Shown here piece by piece: positions 1 through 12,870 of a stretch of 64,000 nt of DNA. Every line of letters begins with the position of its first letter. The stretch's first letter is position 1. This stretch comes from Octopus vulgaris. Its lineage: Eukaryota. A model generated the notes under the pieces. That model was not told the DNA's origin. It made no database searches and saw only the letters and a list, made by a program, of their open reading frames with translations. The stretch spans positions 171,058,001 through 171,122,000 of the forward strand of contig OX597814.1 in the NCBI GenBank assembly GCA_951406725.2. The letters are read 5' to 3'. Position numbers and translations under genes: made by a program.

Positions 1-282
1 TTCGTATATACTGAACTAAAATTTAAATCCACACTGCCTTTGTTTTAATTCTTCATCTTTAAAACAATAAAGAATTTAGTAAAATAAATTGGGTGATTAT
101 CAAGCTAGTATTAAGAAGGTAAACTAATGTGGAATTTTAATGAAAAGTTAGAATTTAAATCACTTCAAAATAGGTCACATGTATCATATAACCAGAGGTG
201 GTCTCCAGTGAACTGGTATGAAAAGTGGAAAATTCATGGTACTTATAGGCACTGAAAACCCAGTACTACACCTCACTCTTAA

Positions 283-499
283 TCCTTTCGTTACTGTATT
301 TATTTTGAGATGTTCTGTTTCTTTCAATTACTTTAAATCTAACAAAGGATTGGGTAAAATAACTTCGTTATCATTCAGATAGAGTTAGGAACATAGATTG
401 TGATTAAGGTTTGGTGGAAGATTTTAATTCAAAACTTTGAAAACAAGACATTTGTACTCTGAGCCAGAGCCAGTTGCAGCTGGGTTGGTATCAAAAGGG
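283..499. mobile_element. piggyBac-like MITE with TTAA target duplication
   Basis: TTAA|tcctttcgttac ... gtatcaaaaggg|TTAA; imperfect terminal inverted repeats. Related decayed copies near 1-230, 11857-12021 and 23913-24165. Confidence 0.65.
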
Positions 500-584
500 T
501 TAATTCATAATGATTAGTTTATTTTTGTTTTTATTTTTTTTTTTTAGATGCAAAGAATAAATACTAAAATATCTGTGAACTGTA

Positions 585-935
585 GGTGCAGGATGGTTGT
601 GTGAGTAAGAAGCTAATTCACAACAACATGGTTGCAGGTTCAGTCCTACTATGTGGCACTGTGTCTTCAACTATAAACTTGAACTGACCAATGCCCTGTG
701 AGTGAATTTGGTAGATAGTAACTGTGAGGAAGCCCATCATATGTGTGTGCATTTTGTTTGTCAACAGGTGTTGTTTGTTTACATCTCCATAATGTAGTGG
801 TTCAACAAAAGAGACTGACAGAATAAGTATTCAACTTCAAAAATTAAGTATTAGAGTCAATTTGTTCGACTAAACCCCTTGAAGCAGTGCTCCAGTATGG
901 TTGCAATACAATGACTGAAACAAGTAAAAGATAAA
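585..935 (+). mobile_element. tRNA-derived CORE-type SINE (family A), diverged
   Basis: Matches other family A copies from the head through the tail ccagtatgg..aatgactgaaacaagtaaaag. Confidence 0.8.
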
Positions 936-1329
936 AGGAAAAAGATCCTCCAGCACTCTAGTATATACATTATTGATAATCTTGTTTAAATATAACATTC
1001 CGGATATCTGGGAATAATGTTACTTAACTAACAGGAGTGTGTTGTTAAGAGAGGGAAGAAAATATTCAAAAATGTAATTTAATTTTGCATATGGGCGATG
1101 GGGAAATCAACATCAGAATGAAATAATTATCTTCTGAAGAGAAACATCACTCAAAAATACACTTTGAAATTCAACAATTCATTGATTAGACATATATATG
1201 TATGACCTGCTAGTGTACCCACACACCACTCCTTTATTCTACTACTACTAGCCTGCTACCATGTTGTTCACCATACACACACACATGCACACACACACAC
1301 TGGTCATCTTCGCACACCTTCTTTACCAT

Positions 1330-1585
1330 TCCGTCTTTGATATAGCTCTCCTGTTTTTTAAAAACATTTTCTTCTACTCTGACCACTTCCGTCTTTTAGT
1401 ATGTGACCTCGCGAGTACCACCGGCGATTTTTTTCCCCTGTCTTCCTTTCTCGGGACCTTTCCTTCTATGTTTCCGACGAAGAGCTCCGCTCGAAACGTC
1501 AAACCCTCCTTCTTTCCTGAGCGTCCAATAATACTTTATTTGTTCCACGTCCTTGCGTTGTCTTTTTGTTTTCTTGTTTGGATTA

Positions 1586-1587
<2 letters not shown>
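1330..1587 (+). mobile_element. Penelope-like element 3'/pLTR remnant with minimal hammerhead motif, abutting (TA)n
   Basis: GTTT-CCGACGA-A-GAGC-TCC-GCTC-GAAA-C-GTC-AAAC at 1470-1504. Same sequence occurs on the minus strand at 4536-4735 and 37285-37500; ends gtttggattaac then (TA)n. Confidence 0.7.
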
Positions 1588-1628
<41 letters not shown>

Positions 1629-1991
1629 AAGAAAGAGATGTAAAAGCAGTACTAAAATAAATATTTAAAGATTAAAAATTGATGTGTGGGGGTGAGGAAG
1701 GTGTAATTTTTTTTTCTTTTCTTTTTCAATGTTAAGTTGCAACCTGATTTTCATTTCAGGTGTGTTTGTGTGTCTGTCTGTGTGTGCAAAAGGTGTGTTT
1801 CCTGGCAACACTTGAAACTCGGAACAGATATGATAGGTGGTGCAGGTGGAGGAAGACTAAAGTTAATTCCTATGAAACATTTGAGTCAGACACTCATTTT
1901 ATTTGTGTGTGTGTGTGTGTGTATGTATGTGTGTGTATCATTCTTTATATCAAACTTTTCTAATCAATATATATATATATATATATATATA

Positions 1992-2355
1992 TACTAGCAG
2001 TATGACCCGGCGTTGCCAGGTCATACTGCTAGTGCATGCATATACAGCTGCGTGCATATGCACATACACGCGAGTACTGTCCAAATCTCCGACCAATCAC
2101 ATACAGCTAGCTGGCATTCAATTGGCGAATCAAGTTTCGGGCATTTTGATTAGGTTTTGGATAGAAAATTCACAAAAAAGGTCACTTCTATTGATTTTTT
2201 TAATGGCTTTGTGGGGTGACTGGGGAAATGTAAAGATGTGCACAACCACCCTAGGACGGTTTTGAATGACCATAGAAAGTGCGAGCCCTCTAACTAACTG
2301 AAAAATTTTGGATTTGTATAAAGGACCCGCACACAGACATTTTGCCGTTTATATA
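1992..2355 (+). mobile_element. Non-autonomous Helitron/Helentron(HINE)-like element with terminal hairpin
   Basis: Begins TACTAGCAGTATGACCCGGCGTTGC in a TA tract, with a perfect 15-bp inverted repeat (1993-2007/2019-2033); ends cacagacattttgccgtttatatat. Confidence 0.5.
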
Positions 2356-2655
2356 TCATCATCATCATCATCGTTTAATGTCCGCTTTCGCGCTAGCACG
2401 GGTTGGACAGTTCGGCCAGGGTCTGGGAAGCCAGGAGCTGCACCAGGCTCCAGTCTGATCTGGCAGAGTTTCTACAGCTGGATGCCCTTCCTAACGCCAA
2501 CCACTCCGCGAGTGTAGTGGGTGCTTTTTACGTGCCACCTGCACAGGTGCCAGGGGGGTCTGGCATCGGCCACGATCGGTTGGAGCTTTTAATGTGCCAC
2601 CGGCACGGAAGCCAGCCAAGGCGGCGCTGGCAACGGCCACGTTCGGATGGTGCTT
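2356..2655 (-). mobile_element. Meta-domain SINE (family C) with (GAT)n tail
   Basis: Reverse complement of ggcgttaggaagggcatccagctgtagaaac ... aaacgatgatgatg. Confidence 0.8.
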
Positions 2656-2847
2656 ATAGAGATATATATATATTTCAATACAAAATAATCCACAACCTTC
2701 CATCTCAATAAAGTACTATATTGTCCCTGAAAGTTGTTCTGTATGCATGTGCATAAATTTTCTCTTTTGCTCATTTCTATCAATTCACAAACAAATTTAT
2801 AAGAACACCAGTATAGGAATCAAACAAACTTTTTTCTTGTTGATTAA

Positions 2848-3084
2848 TCCTTTAGCATTCAGATTATTCTGTCAAATGTAATACTTATTTATTCACATTT
2901 ATAAAAAATTAACCATGCATTATCACACAGCTTCAAGATTTTGTTGATATGGTTGGTTATTTTATAGAATGGCATTGTAGGGTAGGTATAAGAAGCAAGA
3001 TCTGGTCAATCTGAACCAAAAAAAAAATTTGAGCGAAAAAAAAAAATATATGGCCCAGATATGGTCAGTTTAAATGCTAAAGGG
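2848..3084. mobile_element. piggyBac-like MITE (second family)
   Basis: TTAA|tcctttagcatt ... aatgctaaaggg|ttca; 12-bp inverted ends. Confidence 0.6.
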
Positions 3085-3769
3085 TTCAGGTGTGCATGTG
3101 TGTGTGTATTTGAAAGAGTGTGTGCACGTGCATGCATGTCTGGGTGCATGTATGTTACCCATGTCCCGATTTTTAGGATAGGTACACTGTATCTCAGCAT
3201 GCATAAATGATGATGAAAAGCCCTCAAAGGTGAGCATCAGGAAAAGCATCTGGCCAAAAGAGCATGCCTCAAAAACACCCATGGGAAAAGCTGATGTCAA
3301 AATAATGATAATGAGTGTCTGCATCTATTTTCAGGAGGAGTTTTTAGTCATGGGTTGCTTAGTTATTTTATAAAAAAGAAAAATCATTAAAATAAGTACC
3401 AGAGTGAGATAAGTATTGGGTGGGAGGGTAAGTAATCTCATCAACTAAAAGTCATTGAAAGTGGTATCCCAGTATGGCTGCAGTCCAATGACTGACACCA
3501 GTAAAAGAATAAAAGAGTATTTAATTTATATTGTATTATAAATTGATAATTTTTTTTTCCCTGAAACTTCAGATTTAATACCATAACAATGAACAGCAAT
3601 CATCAGATTGTAATAAAGTATACTAAAAATTTTATGTATTTAGCTTATTGCCATTTGTTTCCATGGTGAAACTTTCAAGTTATGGCAAAGTAATCAGCTT
3701 CGATTATAGTATAAATTCATTTTTACTTAATATAAAAAGTTGCCTCCTTCAGTACCACTAGATCCTCAG

Positions 3770-4005
3770 CTAAGTCGTCTGTTGGTTACTTGTGACCTGA
3801 CCTGACCTGACCTCACTAGTGAAAAGCAATGAGTACACACTTGCACACTTAAGTGGTTGGCGTTAGGAAAGGCATCCAGAGGTAAGAACCATACCACAGC
3901 AGGCATTGCACATTGGAGCAGTCCTCTGGCTTGCTAGATCCTGCTAAACAGTCCAACCCATGACAGCACGAGAAACAAATATTAGATGATGGTAATGATG
4001 ATGGT
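3770..4005 (+). mobile_element. Family C (Meta-type) SINE/LINE tail, diverged
   Basis: gtggttggcgttaggaaaggcatccag ... gtccaacccatg ... gatgatg. Confidence 0.7.
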
Positions 4006-4301
4006 GTATTGAAAACAGTTTTGCTTTACAACATTACTCTGTTCACAACATACACACACACACACTGTTAGTAGTGGTAGCTATATACACATATATGTAT
4101 AGCAAGTGTAAAGGAAGAAGCATGCATTCAGTATCAAGACAGTGGTGTCAATGTTTATTTTCAAGCTGAGAAATTCAACATCAATTTCTCCCCCACCCAC
4201 AAAGCGAGTTACTTCTTCCTTCCTGTTTCTTTAGCGAAAGAAATTCAGCATGGTATAGGTAAGCTATCTTAAATTTCTCAACAAGCTAAATAAATAAATA
4301 A

Positions 4302-4420
4302 CTGTGGTTGTGTGGTAAGAAGCATGGCTTCTCAACCACATGGTTCCGGGTCCAGTCCCACCGCGTGGCCTCAGGCTGATCAAAGCCTTGTGAGTAGATT
4401 TGGAGACTGAAAGAAGCCTG

Positions 4421-4515
<95 letters not shown>

Positions 4516-4970
4516 CATATATATATATATATATAGTTAATCCAAACATGAAAACACAAAGAGAAAACACAACAACGCGAGGACGTGGAACAAATATAGT
4601 ATTATTGGACGCTCAGGAAGGAAGGGTAGAAGGAGGGTTTAATGTTTCGAGCGGAGCTCTTCGTCGGAAACATAGAAGGAAAGATCCAGAGAAGGGAAGA
4701 TGGAGGAAAAAAAATCACCAACGGTACACACGTGGTATATATATATTATATATGTGCGTGTCTTTGTGTCTGTGCTTGTCCCCACCATGATCCCTTGACA
4801 ACCAATGTTGGTGTGTTTATGTCCCTGTAATTTAGTGGTTCGGTAAAAAGGGACCAATAGAATAAGCACTAGGCTTACAAAGAATAGTCCTGGGATCAAT
4901 TTCTTCAACTAAAACCCTTTAAGGCAGTTCTCCGGCATGGCCACAGTCAAATGACTGAAACAAGTAAAAG
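4302..4970 (+). mobile_element. Family A SINE interrupted by (TA)n and a Penelope-like remnant
   Basis: Head at 4302, tail aaatgactgaaacaagtaaaag at about 4970. Confidence 0.8.
4536..4735 (-). mobile_element. Penelope-like remnant with minimal hammerhead motif
   Basis: Reverse complement of the 1330-1587 element; motif at 4637-4671; flanked by (TA)n on both sides. Confidence 0.7.
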
Positions 4971-4983
4971 AATATACATATGT

Positions 4984-5095
4984 GGAGGTACAATGGCCCA
5001 GTGGTTAGGGCAGCGGACTTGCAGTTGTAAGATCATGATTTCAATTCCCAGAGTGGATGTTGTGAGTGTTTATTGAGCGAAAACACTCAAAGCTC
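4984..5095 (+). mobile_element. tRNA-derived SINE head (family D), truncated
   Basis: A-box-like tggcccagtggttagggc and B-box-like gatttcaattcc. Possibly related minus-strand bodies at about 59555-59860 and 60110-60360. Confidence 0.5.
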
Positions 5096-5323
5096 AGTTT
5101 TTGTCTACCAAATCCACTCACAAGGCTTTGGTTAACCTGAGGCTATAGTAGAAGACACTTTGCCCAAGGTGCCACGCCGTGGGAATGAACTCCTACAAAT
5201 TAACACCTATATATATTTTTAAGCCTGGTACGTATTCTGTCAGTCTCTTTTGCCAGACTGCTAAGTTACAAGGATATAAATAAACCAACACCAGTTAGTT
5301 TCAATACACAAATATATATATTG

Positions 5324-5621
5324 TGTAAGCCCAGTACTTATTCTATCGGTCTCTTTTGCCGAACCGCTAAGTAACGGGGACATAAACACACCAGCATCGG
5401 TTGTCAAGCAATGCTAGGGGGACAAACACAGACATGCATATACATATATATACATATATACGACGGGCTTCTTTCAGTTTCCGTCTACCAAATCCACTCA
5501 CAAGGCTTTGGTCGGCATGAGGCTATAGTAGAAGACACTTGCCCAAGGTGCCACGCAGTGGGACTGAACCCGGAACCATGTGGTTGGTAAACAAGCTACA
5601 TACCACACAGCCACTCCTGCG

Positions 5622-5623
<2 letters not shown>
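5324..5623 (-). mobile_element. Family A SINE, 3'-truncated
   Basis: Reverse complement of ggcgcaggagtggctgtgtggt..ggttccgggttcagtcccactgcgtggcaccttgggcaagtg. Confidence 0.9.
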
Positions 5624-5690
<67 letters not shown>

Positions 5691-5691
5691 A

Positions 5692-5727
<36 letters not shown>

Positions 5728-5759
5728 TAATATATATATATATATATATATAAAACATA

Positions 5760-5792
<33 letters not shown>

Positions 5793-6009
5793 AATGGTAT
5801 TTTTAATGCCAACCCTTAGTGAGCTGATTTATAATTAAAGACATTTCACCCATGACCATCCCATCGTTTTATATAAACAAGTAGAGTTAGTATGTCCTAC
5901 TTATTCTGTATGCCATCAACTTCTTTTGAAACGTAATAGGATTTGATTATGAAGAAGATTTAGCTGCTATTATTGACAGTGATAAAAAAAAAGTGGAGAG
6001 GTTTTTTTC

Positions 6010-6065
<56 letters not shown>

Positions 6066-6693
6066 GGACATTTTCTCATTAACTTCAGTTTTTTTTCCCC
6101 CTTACAAAATTGGGTTTTGATATTTGCTCAATACAGGATTGCTCAGAATTATTATTTTTTTCTTTAAACAAATTAATCATTTTAAATTGGATAGAAGATG
6201 TGAGAAGTTATTTAAATGTTAAGATGTTAAATTTTACACATTTAAAACAAATTGCATTTTAAAAAAAGAGAAGAAAAAAAAACAAAAACAAACTTCTAAA
6301 TTAAAAATATTGAAAAATGACAAAAAAAACGACAACTAATTTTCTAAAAACCATTTTATGGATAGAATGGTGAGCAAATGTAATTTTCGTGGAAGCAGTG
6401 TTGAGGTGGAGACAAATTTGAAAATAATTTCAAAGAAAACTCTGAGTTACAGCCGTGTAGCCATTTAGAAAATTAACAAAGAACAACTGCTATATATTCT
6501 GTGTAGAGAACGTTAAGATTCCCCACACTATACCAAACCTTGTGCTCTAATAAACCTGGCCAAAATGCAATATAGTTATTTGCTTTAAATAAGCCGGAAC
6601 AAATACACATTATGTATGTGTGTTTGTGCATGCACACATGCGTATGAGCAGGCACGTACACAACAGTATTACACCCACACATATATATCATAC

Positions 6694-6728
<35 letters not shown>

Positions 6729-7663
6729 TACGCAAACACACATCTACAAACCTAAACATCAATTTGGTTTAAACAAACTCAGACAGGAAGAAGAGTGATG
6801 AAGGTGCAAATCTATACAGCAGACACAGAGAGAGAAGGAAAGAGAGAGAGAGAGACAGGGATAGACTGAGGCAGTGGTGGTGGTGGAGGTAGTTGGGTGT
6901 GGGGGTGGCTATAGGGTAGCTATAGGGCAGTCAGTCAGGCAGACAGACAAACAGAGATTAATATCTGCAAAACTGTTAGGTTAAGTCAACAACTTAGAGA
7001 GAAAGAGAAATTATATATAAACAAAAGTCAAACCCAAATGGTAGGGGGGAAAGCAGGCGTATGAAAGATAGATAGCTATATAGGGAGGACGGGAGGAGGA
7101 GAAGATTATATGGTGGTGGCAGTGGGGAGTGGTGGCAGTGGTGAGTGGTGGAAGTATCAGTAACAGCTGAGAGGAAGGAGACAAGGGGGGGGGGAGAGAA
7201 AACATTGAAGCTAGAAGGTAAATTATGAAGTTTCTTTTTAACCTTCGTAGCAAGATACCACTGGGTAATGGATTCTTATAACAAAACCTGTATTTCTTAC
7301 ATCTGCATTTAGTGAAAGGAACGGTGGGGGAGATTGGTGGGTGGATACAGTGAACTGTATGGACCTCCCCCAGTACCTTTATCAAAGCCTGGAAGGCAAA
7401 AACTCAAGTACTCAGAGCTTATAGTGTGGTGCAGCTAAATGACACCAAGAATTTTTGCTTGGCGCTCTTATGAGAGCATCCTCGTGGTGGTAGTAGCAGT
7501 AACAACAGCACCACCACCACCACCACGAAAGTCACCTTTACCTTTCTTTTGTTTGGAGATTGATTAAAAATTAAAACGAATGATATAATTGATTATTCTC
7601 TCTCTCCTAGGATTCTTGGCCTGGTGGTGCATATATGCTAGAAATACTAATCATTTCTGACAT

Positions 7664-7877
7664 CTCTTTTATTCTTTTACTTGTTTCAGTCATTTGACTG
7701 AGGCCATGCTGGAGCACCGCCTTTAATCGAGCAACTCGATCCCGGGACTTATTCTTTGTAAGCCCAGTACTTATGCTATCGGTCTCTTTTGCCGAACCGC
7801 TAAGTGACGGGGACATAAACACACCAGCATCGGTTGTCAAGCAATGCTGGGGGACAAACACAAACATACACGCACAA

Positions 7878-7916
<39 letters not shown>

Positions 7917-8081
7917 TACGACGGGCTTCTTTCAGTTTCCATCTACCAAATCCACTCACAAGGCTTTGGTCGGCCCGAGGCTATAGTAGAAGACACTTGC
8001 CCAAGGTGCCACGCAGTGGGACTGAACCCGGAACCATGTGGTTGGTAAGCAAGCTACTTACCACACAGCCACTACTGCGCC
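7664..8081 (-). mobile_element. Family A SINE, full length
   Basis: Complete tRNA-like head, CORE-like caccttgggcaagtgtctt, central TA/TG tract and tail. Confidence 0.92.
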
Positions 8082-8112
8082 TATCTATCTACATTTCATT
8101 ATCAACATTAAG

Positions 8113-8446
8113 GGTGCAGGGCATGGCTGAGTGACAAGTAGTTTGCTTCCTTCCTAACAAGATGGTTCTGGGTTCACTACACAACGCCTTGGGCAAGCGT
8201 CTACAGCCAGGGCTGACCAAATCCTTGAGTGGATTTGATAGACAAATCTAGAAAAAGCCTGTCGTCTATATCTATCTGTGTATGTGTGTGTGTTTTACTG
8301 TCTCCTTGATTCCATGCCTTGGTATGGCATCAATATGGCTCTGGGTTCACTGCATAGCACCTTGGGCAAGCGTCTTCTACTATAGCCCAGTGCTAACCAA
8401 ATCCTTGAGAGTGCATTTGATAGACAAAACTGGAAAAAGCCTATCG

Positions 8447-8497
<51 letters not shown>

Positions 8498-8657
8498 TTT
8501 ACTGTTTCCTTGATTCCATGCCTTGGTATGGCATCAATATGGCTCTGGGTTCACTGCATAGCACCTTGGGCAAGCGTCTTCTACAACAGCCAGGGCCGAC
8601 CAAATCCTTGAGTGGATTTGATAGACAAAACTGGAAAAAGCCTGTTGTCTATATCTA

Positions 8658-8710
<53 letters not shown>

Positions 8711-8957
8711 GTCTCCTTGATTCCATGCCTTGGTATGGCATGATAGCTGTGAGTGCCATGGTCATGCAAGCAGTGCTTTTCACTATCAATACTCTGAGAA
8801 AACATAACTACTCAAGGGAAAATATTACCATACTTGGAAATGGGTGATGATTAGCATGAGGAAGGGCATCTGGCTGTAGAAAATCTGTCTCAACAGAGTT
8901 CATCCAACTCAAGTGAGCATGGAATAGCAGATGTTAAAACAATGATGGTAATGATGG
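8113..8957 (+). mobile_element. CORE-head/Meta-tail SINE with internal ~200-bp triplication
   Basis: Unit atgg(c/t)tctgggttcact..ccttgggcaagcgtct..(TG)n..gattccatgccttggtatggcat occurs three times; tail gaagggcatctggctgtagaaaa..gatgatg. Confidence 0.75.
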
Positions 8958-9236
8958 TTTTCTATGCTTGCAAAATTCAGATGAAATTTGGTGTGACAGG
9001 TGTTTTTTTTGTTTTTTTTTATGGCTGGATGCTCTTCCTGTTGCCAACTCGTACTGGTTTCCAAGAAAGGTAATATTTCTCCTTCAAACACAAACAGCAC
9101 AAATGACCAGATGTTTTCACATTTATTACAATAATGATTGTTCTTGATATAAAGCATGAGCTCTGAAATTTGTGAAGATGAAACCAAAGAACGAGTCAAT
9201 TACTGGGTTTGATGAACTTGACCCCTAAGTAACTGA

Positions 9237-9418
9237 CATCATCATCATCGTTTAACGTCTGTTTTCCATGCTAGCACGTGTTGGACGGTTCAACCGGGAT
9301 CTGGGAAGCCAGGAGACTGCACCACGCTTCAGTCTGATCTGGCAGTGTTTCTACAGCTTGATGCCCTTCCTAACGCCAACCACTCTGTGAGTGTAGTGGG
9401 TGCTTTTTACGTGCCACC
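9237..9418 (-). mobile_element. Family C SINE fragment
   Basis: catcatcatcgtttaacgtc..gatgcccttcctaacgccaacc. Confidence 0.8.
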
Positions 9419-11124
9419 AGTATTTAATTTTGTCAATCTCCAAAAGCCTAAGCAACGAAGCTGATATCAAGCAGGATGGGAAATTGGGACATAATGAATC
9501 CGAAGAAATGTGTTATTTCGTCCAACTCTCATGATTCTGCCTTTCCTTGCATGCTCACATGTGTGTATGTGTGGACATCAGGTGGTTTTTACTATAACAC
9601 TGGACTGATAGGGTTTGTTTTTCCCCTGGTGACAATTTGTTTCCATCTTTGTAACTTGCCAGATGGAAAAGAGAAAAAAAGACCAATAGAAGTACCGGAC
9701 TTTAAGTACAGGGGTTGATTTGTTCCACTAAACCCAGCATGGTTACAGTTCAATGAATGAAACAAGTAAAAGAATAAAATACATATTTATATATGTGTGT
9801 GTAATTTTAACTTCAAGCAGACTCTTTGTGGAAGAATAGGTATAATGTACATGCATGATCATCATCATATCTGAATCAGCAAGTTCAATGGCCCACACCA
9901 ACTGTAGAATTTCAGGCTGTGAATCTAGCCTTATACCTATTACTTATCCTTGAACCAATTGATATACTGTATGAGTATTTACCCATATTAGGAGCTCAGT
10001 CATATCCCTTATCTTGCTTATATTTTCTCACTTGATTATCCTGTATCTGCTTTACAAAGTATTATTAATCTACAGGTGCATTTGGGCTTAGGATCCCTTA
10101 AACTAAACAGTTATCTGTTTGGCCTCTTTATTGGTGTTGAAATAATAAGTCCTATAGTTCATCTTCTTTGTAGTTTTTAGTTATGTTCATCATTTAACAA
10201 ATTGTCACATTATTACATTTTATTACATACATTATACCTTTTAATCAGAAAAAAAAACTTTTGGAGTTCTTTAACATAGTAATATGTAATTTCAAAATAA
10301 TTTTGAGTACTTACAAATTTTACTTCTAAGAAATTTGTTTCAAAAGTGCTAAGTCTTTTCTACACTAGAGGGGTGTATGAATTTCCATGTCCTTATGTCA
10401 ATGCCCCATGGCAGCAGATGGCAACTCGAGAAAGTAAAATACAGTCTTCTATAAAATGCATTTCACCTCTGACTGGGTGTTCTGCCTGTAACCAACTCAT
10501 ACTTGTTTCTGAATAAAGTAACTGTTTCCTCTATTTCTTTAAACATGAACAGCCCAATAGTCAAACATGTTTTTGCAGAAGACAGCAAATGAGTAATAAA
10601 GCTTGTATGATAACAGTGCTGGATGTTAAGACAACAAGAAAAATACACACAAACAATGAGGTTTATGGGGCAACAGAAGACACATGCTCAAGGTGCTGTG
10701 CAGGGAGACTGAACTAAAAACCATGTGGTGGGTAAAGCAAACTCTATAACCTCACAGCCATATCTGCATTTATCTCTCCTTCTCTCCAAATATACTTAGA
10801 TATCTGATGATCTTGCAGAAACCATGGTACCTAGGTAATCGTTTTTTATTTTGTATATTGTCATTTGTTTTGCTCATTTTTACATTTTGGCGTTTTGCTG
10901 AAATTTTTCTTGAGAACACACTCTTCGTGGTAATGGTAATTTGATGTCTATGTTTAGCATATTAGGTGTCCACTTTAGTGGTCATTCCTCTTAATTTTGT
11001 ATATACTTAGATAAATAGGTTAACACAAAGGCAGATATACAGATAGATAAAGAAACAGGTAATACAAATATTAAACAAAATTACACGTTCAGTTACATAC
11101 CACATATAAACATATAAAATAAAA

Positions 11125-11126
<2 letters not shown>

Positions 11127-11202
<76 letters not shown>
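11127..11202. repeat. (TAG)n microsatellite
   Basis: Read directly from the sequence. Confidence 0.95.
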
Positions 11203-11204
<2 letters not shown>

Positions 11205-12024
11205 ATAATACTGTCACTGTGTGTGTGATTTTAAACAGAATAAGGGGGAACTGTCTTCTAGCTCAGTTTATGCAAAATGTAAAAAATGAAAGGGGAAAAA
11301 AAAACTGGGTAAGATATTGTGAATGTTTGAATATTTATTTGCCAAAAGATCCAATAGTTATAGTGAGGGTATTTAATGGATTTGAGATGATGGAGTGGGA
11401 AGGGTTTCTAAACCGCTAGAATACTACACAAAACCTCATGTATGGTATTTATTTTCTTCTTTTAACCTCCTTTCCCTCCTGTTGTAGTGAAATTTGATTC
11501 TCAAAGTAGTTAACATTACCTTCAATTTTTTTTCATTCAGCAGGGAACAAAAAACAACCAAGAACCGATAATTAAATAATTAATTAATTAATTTGATTTA
11601 ATCCTTTCACAAAAACGACAACGATCTCTCTTAACAAGGTCAATATGCATGTGACCCTCATTTGTGCACAGTACATACACCCCAGCCAAAATGGAGTCCC
11701 CATAATATAGAACCTACTTACAAATAAGTTCCACATTATGGCAAAATTTTCATCAATGTAATGCTTACACAATGCCCATTGTTGCATGGCTGTGTGGGGA
11801 AGTAGTTAATTTCAAGTCTACAGTAAGGCACTTGCTTCTATCCTCCTATCATACTTTAACCTGCCTCAGACCACCTCTTGCTCTGTGCTACAAAGTGTTC
11901 ATTTATGATCCAAAAAAAAAAATTATTATTATTATTATTCTACTAAAGTCTCCTTTATTTACAGAATTAATTGAAGTAAAGACAGAGCATCTCAACAGAA
12001 ATATGGTAACAGAAGGGTTAACAA

Positions 12025-12363
12025 GGTGGCGAGCTGGCAGAAACGTTAGCAAATCGGGCGAAATATTTAGCGGTATTTCATCTGACCTTTACGTTCTGAG
12101 TTCAAATTTTGCCAAGAACAACTTTGCCTTTCATCCCTTTCAGGGTCAATAAATTAAATACCAGTTACACACTAGGATTGATGTAATTGACTTAATCCCA
12201 CTGTCTGTCCTTGTTTGTCCCCTTTATGTTTAGCCCCTTATGGGCAGTAAAGAAATAAAATTAAGTACCAGTTATGCACTGGGGTCGATGTAATCGACTT
12301 AATCCCTTTGTCTGCCCGTGTTTGTCTCCTCTACGTTTAGCTCCTTGTGGGCAATAAAGAAAT
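12025..12363 (+). mobile_element. Nin/Deu-domain tRNA SINE (family B) with duplicated 3' half
   Basis: ggcgagctggcagaaacgttagc..gagttcaaat..ctttgcctttcatcc; 3' ~108 bp present twice; AAGGGTTAAC on both sides (12013-12022, 12364-12373). Confidence 0.85.
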
Positions 12364-12419
12364 AAGGGTTAACCTCTAACCTCTCATCATCTGACAAGAA
12401 ACCACCTCCCTCAATACAA

Positions 12420-12661
12420 CACTCAGTTGAAGAGTCTTGTCTTGAGAGTCACTGGGTGACCTCCCTTGCTTCAGTGCCACGTAAAAAGCACCCAATACAC
12501 TGTGACACAGTTGGTGTTATGAAGAGCATCAAGCTATAAAAAACATGCCAAAGCAGATATAGGTGTGCTTGGCAGAGTCCTCTTGTTTGTCAGCTCCTGT
12601 CGAACTTTTTAACACATGCCAGCATGGAAAACAGAAGTTATATGGTGACAATGATGATGAT
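12420..12661 (+). mobile_element. Family C (Meta-type) element, diverged
   Basis: gtgccacgtaaaaagcaccc..ggtgttatgaagagcatc..agcatggaaaa..gatgatgat. Confidence 0.65.
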
Positions 12662-12870
12662 GTCCTTATAACAGACTCAGATAGATTGTGCAAAGGGACT
12701 CTGGCAGACTGAAAAATTTTCAGTCTATTATATACACCCCCACCTACCTTGGACCCTCAACATCAGGACACACAGCATTATATAGACCTTAAACCTGATA
12801 GAATCCATTCCTTCCTAGATTTTAATAAATCAGAGAGAGAAAGAGAGAGAGAGAGGAATCAAATACAATA

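Noticed and set aside
1737-1997. ORF with GGAGGG after a ttttcatttcag acceptor-like site
   Set aside because: No homology to PBX or any known domain, opposite strand to PBX, runs into TG/TA repeats.
3793-3813. (TGACC)4 as a nuclear-receptor response element
   Set aside because: Simple slippage repeat inside a decayed family C element.
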